Shown here in pieces: positions 38,020-49,717 of a stretch of 64,000 nt of DNA. The position numbers and the translations under genes were made by a program. The number at the start of each line of letters is the position of its first letter. Position 1 is the stretch's first letter. The notes under the pieces were generated by a model. That model made no database searches and was not told where the DNA came from. It saw only the letters and a list, made by a program, of their open reading frames with translations. The stretch comes from Haliotis rufescens. Taxonomy: Eukaryota. Location: assembly GCF_023055435.1 (NCBI RefSeq), contig NW_025964334.1:28334001-28398000 (forward strand). Direction: 5' to 3'.

Positions 38020-39200
38020 CCTTGTCAAATCACCCGTACCACGTATACATTCGTTGCATACCAGCAACTGGTAAATTATCATTCTTACTAAACTTCACCC
38101 ATTAACACCTTTATCATCAATGCCTCGGTCAAACTAAATTATATAATTCTGTCTAGATAGCGCCACTTAAGTCAATGAGATTATCTGTAGTAGCTAGAAT
38201 AGGTTATAAATACGGACGACAGACACTCACAAACCATTCTGTGGCTGTCTAATAAACTGACTGTTTGTTCACTCAGGTAAGAAACCTTACTATCTTGTAC
38301 TCTGTTAATTCTTGACTATATGCTTTTACCCTTGGCAATACCTTGGCAAGTTTAATTGGTAGCTGTAAGTGTCATACTTGAGTGTATATCTTAGATATTC
38401 CCATGTACTACTTCTGTGCACACAATTTGCCAATTCTGTTAACTGTAGTACGTTGTTTACCGTTTGGAATATGTATTGTGGCTGAACTGAATGTATCTTG
38501 TGTGAATGCCAACTCTATAGGTATTAGTTAGAGTGTCGGTTATACTATATTCAATCATATGTAAACTGTTGTATTACGTTGTGTACCTTGAAATATATGT
38601 ATCCTGACTAATGTAGTATGTATCTTTTGTAATGATTCTATATCTTGTGGTCTTGTGGTAGAGCGTCCGCCCGGAGAGCGGAAGGTCCGGGGTTCGATCC
38701 CCGGCCGCGTCATACCAAAAGACGTTAAAAGATGGTACTTGTTGTTACTCTGTCTGGCGCTCGGCATTAAGGGGCTAAAACAAGGACTGGTTGGCTCGGA
38801 GTCAGTATACTGTGTCTGAGTGGGGTATTCATGTTAAACTGCGACATGGTATCTCAGTGGGCTAGCACTATAAATCGGCATCAGTCCGGACTAGTACAAG
38901 CAGCCACACACACACACGTGCATGCACGTCGTTATATAAGTGCAATAATCTTGGACGCGACGTTAAACCCAATTTCACCTCACCTCTATATCATGTTCAT
39001 CTAATGTTCTTCAAAAATATGTGCTTCTACAACTGATTGTCAACATGATCTAATAATTGACTGTAATAATTGATTGTAAACATTTCTATTGTTGACTGAT
39101 TATATATAAGACCCTGTGGCTGTCTAATAAACTGACTATTTATTCACCCAGGTCTTGTGTAGGTGGCTGATTCCCCAACTCTCGTTTTAATGCCTGTATT
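38020..39200 (+). mobile_element. Unclassified non-coding LTR-like insertion with 40-bp direct repeats; boundaries uncertain
   Basis: ctgtggctgtctaataaactgact.ttt.ttcac.caggt at 38239-38278 and 39114-39153; lies inside the Tc1 relic. Confidence 0.45.
38646..38984 (+). mobile_element. SINE family D
   Basis: Colinear with the 30289 copy; ctatatc(t/a)tgt duplicated on both flanks. Confidence 0.92.
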
Positions 39201-39217
39201 GAGACCTTTGCATCGCA

Positions 39218-39550
39218 TACGAGGGGCAAATAGGATCCGGGCTGTACAGTTAAATCACCCACCCTACAGTCCAGACTTAGCCTCCAGAGACTATTTCCTG
39301 TTCCGGCAAATGAAATCTGCCCCACGTGGAAGACGCTTCCAGGATGACGAGGACATAAAGGCTGCAACAGAGGCGTGGTTAGAGGGCCAATCTGCGGATT
39401 TCTATAAAAAAAAAGTGATATTAAAAGCTTGAAGGACAAATGGAATAAGTGTATTGAGGTGAATGCAGATTATGTTGAAAAAAAGTGCAAAAGATATTCT
39501 GCGCCTTGGTCTTGTATTGAAGTTGCAAAACTTATTGAACGCCCCTCGTA
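39218..39550 (+). mobile_element. Internally deleted mariner element
   Basis: ta-cgaggggc...gcccctcg-ta termini; HPPYSPDLASRDYFLF...GRRF...KWNKCIEVNADYVEK. Confidence 0.9.
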
Positions 39551-39988
39551 CGAAAGGGCAACACAGTACAGACATGGACTCTGAGAAGGCATCGAGTCTG
39601 GTTCATGGATCAGTGATAAATCATGATTTCTTCTCCAATGCCGAGATGCAAAGACAACGTGTCTACCGACGTCGAAATTAACGTTTTGCGTTCGACAGAT
39701 CGACAGGTCGACAGATTCGGTGGCGGAAGTGTTATGGTGCGGGGAGCTATATCCCACACATGGAGATTTGGCTTGGTGGTGGTTCAGGGGAATCTGACAG
39801 CAAATCGGTACATCGACCAAATTCTTCAACGTCACTTTCTTCCCTTTTTAGGGGTTAAAACATGACAACGCTACACCACTCAAAGCTCGTCTCATTGTTG
39901 TAATTCAAACCTCAATGTCATGCTATGCCCTTCCAGATCTCCGGATCTGAACCCGATAAATCATCTGTATGATGAACTCGATAGACGT

Positions 39989-40232
39989 TTGTTTGTTTGT
40001 TTGTTGTTTAACGCCGCACTCTGCAATGACGGCGGTCTGTAAATAATCGGGTCTGGACCAGACAATCCATTGATTGACATCATGAGCATCGATCTCCGCA
40101 ATTGGGATCGATGACATGCATCAACCAAGTCAGCGAGCCTGACCACCCGATCCCGTTAGTCGCCTCTTACGACAAACATAGTCACCTTTTACGGTAGCTG
40201 AATGACTATTTTACCTCGGATCTTCACGGGTC
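39989..40232 (-). mobile_element. SINE family A inside the Tc1 ORF
   Basis: 11-bp TSD tcgatagacgt. Confidence 0.92.
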
Positions 40233-40607
40233 TCGATAGACGTGAAGGTCAACATCAACATACGCCACAGACACACGCGTTGCAGGAAGAATGGAGGAGA
40301 AGCCCACAGGACACAATCCGTAGACTTATTCAGTCTGTGCCAAGGAGATGTAGAGCAGTGATAACAGCACACGGCGGTCACTCCAGGTACTGATCGAAAC
40401 GCACTGTCGGCTATTTTACATCAGCAGTTTGCCCCAGCTGTTGACAGCTTTTATTTACATAAAACAGGTGTTAAGATTAGTTGTTTACGTTAAATATTTA
40501 CTTCAGCCTTTTACATCAGTTGACGTCAAATGTTTATATCATCTGTTTAACTATGCTCCTCAGATCAGATGTTTACCAATTCCTGTTCTTATTTGTGTTG
40601 TCAGTCA

Positions 40608-40795
40608 GTCAGTTTTTCACAACGGATGGTTACATCAATGGTTCAAATCAGTTTTTAACAACGGGTGGTTACATCAATGGTTCACATCAGTTTTTAACAA
40701 CGGATGGTTACATCCTTGGTTCACATCAGTTTTGAACAACGGATGGTTACATCCTTGGTTCACATCAGTTTTTAACTGGTTATATCCTTTGTCTA
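40608..40795. repeat. Minisatellite, 39 bp unit, about 4.5 copies
   Basis: cagtttttaacaacggatggttacatc..tggttcacat. Confidence 0.9.
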
Positions 40796-40867
40796 GATTC
40801 GATTTCCACATCAGCTCTTAACATCACGTGGTTAATCCTTTGTTTACATTTGTTGTTTACATTATTA

Positions 40868-41563
40868 TTTGTTTGTTTGTTTAACGCCGCGTTCCACAAT
40901 ATTACAGCTATATATCGGCATCTTCCAAGGGAAGTGAGTTAACTGACTATAAAAGTTCAGTTTCCACCCTTGCCGAACTAGGCTGGAATTCCGGAGTTAC
41001 ACTTTGATTGGACTAACGAGTCTATGCATAGTCCAATCAAAATCGCGTCACAAACATCCGGTTCGTAACCAAAATGGATTTCAATGTGCAGATTTCGGTC
41101 GACTGCAGGATTGGCAAAGCATGTGTACCGTCAGCTGGGCGTCGACAGATATTTTCCAAATGTTTTCATGTTATTAATCATGGTGCTCAAATGATTTGAT
41201 GCACGTCGCGAGGTAAGACCCGTTTTTATTACAACACAGATCTCGATAATCGATCAGATCGTCTTGACTGGGCGCCGCCATGTTCTTCGAAGCAAATGCA
41301 AGTGATGCGAGAGGTGGAATCTGATAGGTCAGTAGGAGGGGCATAGAAGGGTCATAGCTCGTAATATCCACTGGTGGCGCTACGATCGAACCCAGAAATT
41401 CCAACGTAGTTCGACAAGGGTGGAAACTGGACTTGTGTAGTCAGTTAACTCCCTTGCCTCGGGAAGATATATGTCGGCGGTCTGTAAATAATCAACAATC
41501 CAGTGACTGACATCATGAGCATCGATCTACGCAATTAGGATAAGATGACATATTCTTTACGGG
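40868..41563 (-). mobile_element. SINE family A interrupted by a MITE
   Basis: SINE sequence resumes (cggtctgtaaataatc) after the MITE. Confidence 0.8.
40919..41468. mobile_element. 9-bp-TSD MITE, same family as 36105
   Basis: TIRs and internal homology; TSD atat(a/g)tcgg. Confidence 0.88.
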
Positions 41564-41769
41564 TTGTTTACATTATTAGGTTTGAATACATGATGTAGGG
41601 TTTTGACTGCTTTGAAATGACATTTGTATTACATTAATGCATGACTTGTTTTGCAATGTTTACTGTTATTCTAAAATTAAATTTCTCTCTACACACAGTT
41701 TAGTTAATTGGACAACAAACATATAACATCGGTGACGTCGTATGCCTGGCACACCACTGATGTCAATGC

Positions 41770-44352
41770 ACGTCTTGCACAACACTGATGACATTGATCG
41801 TCTTGCACAACACTTGTGACATTGAGCGTCTTGCACAACACTGGGGACATTGAGTGTCTTGCACAACACTGGAGACATTGAGAGTCTTGCACAACACTGG
41901 AGACATTGAGTGTCTTGCACAACACTGGAGACATTGAGTGTCTTGCACAACACTTGAGACATTGAGTGTCTTGCACAAAACTGGCGATATTTAGCGTTTT
42001 GCACAACACTGGAGACATTGAGTGTCTTGCATAACACTGGAGACATTGAGCGTGTTGCACAACACTTGTGACATTGAGCGTGTTGCACAACACTGGAGAC
42101 ATTGAGCGTCTTGCACAACACTGGTGACATTGAGCGTGTTGCACAACACTGGAGACATTGAGCGTGTTTCACAACACTGGAGACATTGAGCGTCTTTCAC
42201 AACACTGGAGACATTGGGCGTCTTGCACAACACTGGTGACATTGAGCGTGTTGCACAACACTGGAGACATTGAGCGTGTTGCACAACACTGGCGACATTG
42301 AGCGTGTTGCACAACACTGGAGACATTGAGCGTCTTGCACAACACTGGAGACATTGAGCGTGTTGCACAACACTGGGGACATTGAGCGTCTTGCAAAACA
42401 CTGGTGACATTGAGCGTCTTGCACAACACTTGAGACATTGAGCGTCTTGCACAACACTTGAGACATTGAGCGTCTTGCACAACACTGGAGACATTGAGCG
42501 TCTTGCACAACACTTGAGACATTGAGCGTCTTGCACAACACTGGAGACATTGAGTGTCTTGCACAACACTGGAGACATTGAGCGTGTTGCACAACACTGG
42601 AGACATTGAGCGTCTTGCACAACACTGGAGACATTGAGTGTCTTGCACAATACTGGAGACATTGAGCGTCTTGCACAACACTGGTGACATTGAGCGTGTT
42701 TCACAACACTGGAGACATTGAGCGTGTTGCACAACACTGGAGACATTGAGCGTGTTGCACAACACTGGGGACATTCAGCGTCTTGCAAAACACTGGTGAC
42801 ATTGATCGTCTTGCACAACACTTGAGACATTGAGCGTTTCGACAACACTTGAGACATTGAGCGTCTTGCACAACACTGGAGACATTGAGCGTCTTGCACA
42901 ACACTGGAGACATTGAGCGTCTTGCACAACACTGGAGACATTGAGCGTCTTGCACAACACTGGGGACATTGAGCGTCTTGCACAACACTGGAGACATTGA
43001 GTGTCTTGCACAACACTGGAGACATTGAGCGTCTTGCAAAACACTGGTGACATTGATCGTCTTGCACAACACTTGAGACATTGAGCGTCTCGACAACACT
43101 TGAGACATTGAGCGTCTTGCACAACACTGGAGACATTGAGCGTCTTGCACAACACTTGAGACATTGAGCGTCTTGCACAACACTGGAGACATTGAGCGTC
43201 TTGCACAACACTGGGGACATTGAGCGTCTTGCACAACACTTGAGACATTGAGTGTCTTGCACAACACTGGAGACATTGAGCGTCTTGCACACCACTGGAG
43301 ACATTGAACGTCTTGCACACCACTGGAGACATTGAGCGTGTTGCACAACACTGGAGACATTGAGCGTGTTTCACAACACTGGAGACATTGAGCGTCCTGC
43401 ACAACACTGGTGACATTGAGCGTCTTGCACAACACTGGAGACATTGAGCGTGTTGCACAACATTGGAGACATTGGGCGTCTTGCACAACACTGGAGACAT
43501 TGAGCGTCTTGCACAACACTGGAGACATTGAGCGTCTTGCACAACACTGGAGACATTGAGCGTGTTTCACAACACTGGAGACATTGAGCGTCTTGCACAA
43601 CACTGGAGACATTGAGCGTGTTGCACAACACTGGAGACATTGAGCGTCTTGCACAACACTGGAGACATTGAGCGTGTTGCACAACACTAGAGACATTGAG
43701 CGTGTTTCACAACACTGGAGACATTGAGCGTGTTTCACAACACTGGAGACATTGAGCGTGTTTCACAACACTGGAGACATTGAGCGTCTTGCACAACACT
43801 GGAGACATTGAGCGTCCTGCACAACACTGGAGACATTGAGTGTCTTGCACAACACTGGAGACATTGAGCGTCTTGCACAACACTGGAGACATTGAGCGTC
43901 TTGCACAACACTGGAGACATTGAGCGTCTTGCACAACACTGGAGACATTGAGCGTCTTGCACAACACTGGCGACATTGAGCGTGTTGCACAACACTTGAG
44001 ACATTGAGCGTGTTGCACAACACTGGCGACATTGAGCGTGTTGCACAACATTGGAGACATTGGGCGTCTTGCACAACACTGGAGACATTGAGCGTCTTGC
44101 ACAACACTAGAGACATTGAGCGTGTTTCACAACACTGGAGACATTGAGCGTGTTTCACAACACTGGAGACATTGAGCGTGTTTCACAACACTGGAGACAT
44201 TGAGCGTGTTTCACAACACTGGAGACATTGAGCGTCCTGCACAACACTGGTGACATTGAGCGTCTTGCACAACACTGGAGACATTGAGCGTCCTGCACAA
44301 CACTGGTGACATTGAGCGTCTTGCACAACACTGGAGACATTGAGCGTCTTGC
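41770..44352. repeat. Minisatellite, 28 bp unit (gtcttgcacaacactggagacattgagc), about 90 copies
   Basis: Direct. Confidence 0.98.
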
Positions 44353-44596
44353 GACCCGTGAAGATCCGGGTGAGAATTGGTCTTCAGCAACCCATGCTTG
44401 CCATATAAGGCGACTATGCTTGTCGCAAGAGGCGACTAACGGTGGTCAGGCTCACTGACTTGTGAATGTCATCGTATACCAATTGCGTAGAACGATGCTG
44501 ATGATGTCAATGATTGGATTGTCTATTTACAGACCGCCGTCATAGAGATGGAACATTGCTGAGTGTTGCGTTAAGAAACAAACAAACAAACAAACA
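44353..44596 (+). mobile_element. SINE family A inserted in the last satellite monomer
   Basis: 12-bp TSD tgagcgtcttgc. Confidence 0.92.
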
Positions 44597-46246
44597 TGAG
44601 CGTCTTGCACAACAATGGTTACATCGCGCGTCTTGCACAACATTGGTGTCTTGCGCAACACTGATGACGCACACGTGTCTTACACAATACCACTGATATC
44701 ATGAATATAGATCGCCGTTTATTTACACCAATTTAAGCGTCATGTCGTCATACCACAGCCTCGCCCGCCTCTCTGTGAAGTTTAGTCGTGTACGTTTATC
44801 CGTGCAGCTGCGATTGATACCAGCGACGGTTGCAGATGATATCGATGACAGCGACATGTCGTCTGCTGTCTCCCGACGCTGCCAGCCTGCCAGCTTATTC
44901 GGACATCGGTTGTGAAGTCGGCTAACTTCTTGTAGCCAAATACGTTTCGATCAAGGCTTAACCTGACTTCCCGGGCAAGTAGGGACAAGACCTTTAGCAG
45001 GTCACAGAATAAATCATTCACTCATTCCAAGAGCAACAATCCCTTTCGTCAGTTTCTCCAACACTTGAACAATCAGCCGTCTCTTTTTTACTCCCTGCAA
45101 TTCATCAAATCCTCCCTATTTTGAGTGTGAAGTCTAGCATTTTTGCAATTCAAAAACTTGATTAAAAATTTGTTTCGTCAACAATTTAAAAAGAATGAAT
45201 GTTCACATGTCCCCGGGTACTGGAAAGAAACGACATGTATTGTGTGACCAATATACTGTCAATGGCTGATTTGGAGGTCTCCTAAAATACAATACTTTTA
45301 ACAGTTTTGTTAATGTATTGGTATATGTTGAGGATGTATGTGACAACATGACACTTCGAATGTTGTAACTAAAAAGGACATCGAGCCATATGTTCTGCCA
45401 CCTTGCTAGGCGCCAACATCACGGGATGATGGTAAACAAGGCGTTATAGCCCTGACCTACATCCGGGTACTGATATCGTGAGTTGGCACGCTGCCAACAG
45501 CAATCGGACAGCGTGTCAGGCTTCTAGGGTCGACTAGACACACATAACAACATGTGTCAGGATCCACAATGACGTGTTTCACAGCAGGGCGTCGGCAGGT
45601 ACTGAATGTCACATGTGGCAAGCAGGAAATGGAGCTCACCTTCGTGAAGCGTGAATCTGGCACGACCTTGCTGAGGGGATCCAAGTTACTGCTCACATGC
45701 TATTTTTACTGAAGCAACATACTATTTTATTGCAATTCACTGTGTGTTTTCAAAAGGAGTGCATTGTGTGACTAACAGGCATATTCTATATCAATGCAAA
45801 AAAAACACCCGAATAACTATGAATCTGAATCTGATATACAAATATTAAGTCTCGAGTCACTAGTGTAGAAACCACCTTATTGTAGAATCCTGCATTCTGA
45901 TTGGTCCGCTTTGCGGTATAGAATCTACGTTAGACCATTATTTTGCTGCTGCCCGCCTCACCACGGAAGAAAATATTTGTTCCGGTGCACGGCTTTCGCA
46001 AACACGCTCGTTTTGGCAATTTCAAACACTGATCTTACTTCATTAACGTCGCTGACCTTCATTTACGTCGCTGAACTTCATTAACGTTGCTGAGGATCGT
46101 GTTGTGGTTCCCCGATTATTTACAGCAATTGTGTCACTATATTTCAGGCGTAAATACTTAGAGCGTGCCTTTGCAAAAAACACAGGTAACATCAATACGG
46201 AGTGTCTTCACGGGGTATTGAAGCGCTCACAACGTGTATTGAAGTT

Positions 46247-46456
46247 GAAGCTATATGGCGGCGGTCTGTAAATAAACGTGTTTGGACCAGACAATCCAGT
46301 GATTGACGTCATGAGCATCGATCCACGAAATTGGTTTACGATGACATGCATCAAGATGCAGCGAACCCGACCACCCGATCCCGTCACGACAAGCACAATA
46401 GCCTTTTACGGCCAGCATGGGTTGCTGAAGACCTATCCTACCCCGGATTTGCACGT
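46247..46456 (-). mobile_element. SINE family A, degenerate
   Basis: Family match. Confidence 0.82.
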
Positions 46457-46574
46457 GTCCAACGTGTATTGATGTGCCCACAGCGTGTACATTACAGTTG
46501 TGGTCAATGTGGACATTAGACTATGGATATGTCTTACGTGTGTCGGCAATTCATCTGTTCAATCGACTCGTGAG

Positions 46575-46875
46575 GACTCGATTATTTACAGACCACCGTC
46601 AAACAGCTGGAATATTGCCGAGTGCGGCGTTAAGCAACAAAACAACAACAACAAAAACAACAACATGAGCGTCTTGCACAACGTTGGTTACATCGCGCGT
46701 ATTGCACAACATCGCGCGTCTTGCACAACATCGCGCGTCTTGCACATTGTCAACATCGCGCGTCCTGCACAACATCGAGCGTCCTGCACAACATCGCGCG
46801 TCTTGCACAACATCGTGTGTCTTGCACAACATCGCGCGTCTTGCACAACATCGTGTCTTGCACAACATTGGTGAC
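46575..46875 (+). repeat. SINE A 3' end followed by a 20-bp minisatellite (gcgtcttgcacaacatcgc) related to the 28-mer
   Basis: Direct; junction duplicates 44520-44650. Confidence 0.85.
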
Positions 46876-47743
46876 AACAGGTAGCCCACCTCGTAAATAT
46901 CTACATGTCGACTCTACGCTACGTTCTCGCTTCGGCTACATAATAATAATAATTATTAAATGTTTCTCAGGCACATTTTTTCTCAAAAGCGAGGCAAGAG
47001 GATTTTTATACCTGCACAAAATACCAACAGACACATACATTGAAGTCTCCTCTTCATACAATGTCAGCTGTTAAACATGGATATTAGTGTCTACTATATT
47101 AAATATTTCAATGGCAACAATAATGACTGACACTCATGATTTAAATCTACAGGTAACCTAATTCTGCACATCTTTTTAATCTCCATTCTACCATGACACA
47201 ATTAAACGCGAATTATTTAGTGTTATCAAAGATGTTAGGTGAAGCCGCATTCGTTCTGGTTTTAATGCCCGATAAACATGTTTATAATTTCTTATTTTTT
47301 GTAACCTTCTCCAGTCTATTATAATTCCATTCTATAATGACAAATACAATGGACCCATTCCCATCCAAATCTTCGTTTCGGAAATGACATTACTATTTCT
47401 GTCGCTCCTATTTCTCTCTTAGCACAGACAGTCTCTCGCTCATGTGAGTATTTTGACTGGACGGCTGTTTTAACATCGTGCTTTTTCAAGCATCGATGAT
47501 GTTGTAGATGACAAAACGTTACTCCAATAGCAATGGATAAAGCCACATGAAGAATTATATTTCTGATCAAATAAGGGAAAGAAATGTAAGACTGTAATTC
47601 AGTTTTAATTTTGATTTTCAATGAATAAAACAAAGGTTGTTAAATAATTGTTTAATACAAAATGTACAGAGGAAACGGGATTTAAGCATGTCAAATACAT
47701 TAAAACATCGTTAGGGTCGATCGATGATGAGAAATAAGAGATA

Positions 47744-47898
47744 GTGAGTGAGTGAGTATGGTTTTGCGCCGCTTTTAGCAATATTCCAGCAATATCACGG
47801 CGAAGAACACCAGAAATGGGCTTCACACATTGTACCCATGTCGGGAATCGAACTCGGGTCTTGGGCGTAACGAGCGAACGCTTTAACCACTAGGCTAC
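47744..47898 (-). mobile_element. SINE family B
   Basis: A and B boxes on the minus strand, (ctca)n tail. Confidence 0.9.
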
Positions 47899-48667
47899 AG
47901 TTTCTCCGTGGCTTAATAAACATTTTTTAATTATCAAGTGGGCTTTGGTGTTAGGATTTGTTTTATAAAGCAGTTGTAGTTTTGTGTAGACTATGGGTGA
48001 TTAACAGTGCTCGTGAGAAGTATTTTCTTGGCAACTAAAATGTATGGAATTAATTGAAAATAAAACATCTATGGTACTAGGTATACACTGCTCATAACCA
48101 GCTTGCATGTCGAGCATGCTCGGTGGGCTTTTTTCATGCCAGCTGTTGCCAGGTAACAGGAACTATATCCTCCCAGGTAACCTGGCGGTATAGATTCAAA
48201 CAGGGACAGGAATCGCGGTGTTATGTCAATACAAAGTACTGATCGCAGTGATTGCACACAGAGGTGGAGGTGTGATACGTGTTAGTTTGGATCACGTGAA
48301 GCTGGGCTTCAATAATTACCATGGTGTACGTGTCGACCTTAAGCAGATAACAAGGGAACTGTAAATTTAAATCTGATTGAAAATCAACGAATTTATTTGT
48401 CTTACCTCAGAGAGACCGGTTCTTAATAAATTATGTCTTTAAAAAATGACAGGTTAGTGAATGAGGTTGTACGTCTTTCGAACAAATGCCCATCAACATG
48501 TGGTCGGAGGCACCTGTACTTGCCCTGCTGCGACAACATTTGTTTTTAATGTTTGTCCTTATGGCCGCTGTCAATATTGTCTGTCTGTAGATTTCGCAAC
48601 GATAATAAACTTGCTCAGGCACAACATTCTCCCCTGGTTGACACACTTTCAATGGTCTGAACAAAGA

Positions 48668-48875
48668 GGTTAGTTGAGAACAACGCAGCTTTACTGAGTA
48701 TCTCAGTTACAGTACAGTGTGTCAGCTGTCTGGTTGGCGAAATCCACAAGTGATGCAGGTCTTGTATGGGTATGGGTATGGTGATGGCAAACGAAGGATC
48801 AACATCAGGGCAAGTCTGGAATTCGAACTCACGATCATAGGATTCTGGCACACCTAGGGGACGCAACTCTGCACC
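48668..48875 (-). mobile_element. SINE family C, degenerate
   Basis: aagtgatgcaggtct and gggacgcaactctgcac motifs. Confidence 0.7.
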
Positions 48876-49440
48876 GCGGTCCCTATCATAACGAAGATGA
48901 TTTCATGTCTATTCATGGAAAATTGCGACACTCCTTCTCGGACACTGAATATCAACTGGGAAGAAAATGTTACGGGGGAATCTTCCAACTTTAAATGCAC
49001 AACGCTTCAGGATGTGTGGCTTTAGTTGTGTACTCAAAGGGAATGGGAAGCGGGATGGTTGGGTGAGTGGGTGTTTTATCATCGTTGTGGCAGCTTGATG
49101 TGTGCGGACTGCCCAGGGTTACCCAGGCTGTAGACGTTTACCGCTTTAGGGACACAAAGGGGAACTGTTGTTTCCGCATCTACATACAGTAATAAGGCAG
49201 CTGTATTCAGGTCCATTCTGATGAACCGATTCTGGAAAACGAATGCATATTGCAATACGGCTATAGATCCGAAAGTACCAGGCGTCTCGCTTTCCTGACG
49301 AGAACAGACTTAGGTGATGACAAAGTGGTGTCGTCCGATCAGGGAAAACATTGGGGGATGCGGGATCCCAATAAAAGATATTTTAGATTGTTTGGGCTGT
49401 AGTTGTTTAAGAAATATCCCAGCTATACGACTACCAAAGG

Positions 49441-49717
49441 GACCTGTGAAGATCCGAGGTAGAATAGGTCGTCAGCAACCTATGTTTGTCGTAGGAGGCG
49501 ACTATGCTTGTTGTAAGAGGCGACTAACGGGATCGGGTGGTCAGGCTCACTGACTTGGTTAATGCATGTCATCGTATCCCAATTTCGTGGATCGATGCTC
49601 ATGATGTCAATGACTGGAGTGTCTGGTCCAGACTCGATTATTTACAGACCGCCGTTATATAGCTGGAATATTGTTAAGTGCGGCGTTAAACAACAAACAA
49701 ACGAACAAACAAAACAA
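49441..49717 (+). mobile_element. SINE family A, full length, two-module head
   Basis: 11-bp TSD actaccaaagg. Confidence 0.93.

Larger units (their letters stand above)
37177..40395 (+). mobile_element. Decayed Tc1 (DD34E-type) transposon split by nested insertions; coding parts at about 37508-37770 and 39555-40393
   Basis: RNIAIGRLQ, DRPRSG, QQDRYIRV, TIRSRLRELGIKSRRP; RFGGGSVMV, GNLTANRYIDQIL, HDNA, SPDLNPI, ALQEEW, RRCRAVITAHGGHSRY. Confidence 0.88.

Noticed and set aside
41666-44340. Cys-rich keratin-associated-like ORFs
   Set aside because: 28-bp satellite translated in all three frames
44353-44445. HDV-like fold for the SINE A head
   Set aside because: Could not place P1 and P2 in the required nested order by eye
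44930-44985. Minus-strand hammerhead-like motif (tcagg/ccttga stem + cgaaacgt)
   Set aside because: The CUGANGA core is too degenerate; at most a dead relic
49214-49248. CTGATGA...GAAA hammerhead-like motif
   Set aside because: Weak stem II and no NUH cleavage triplet
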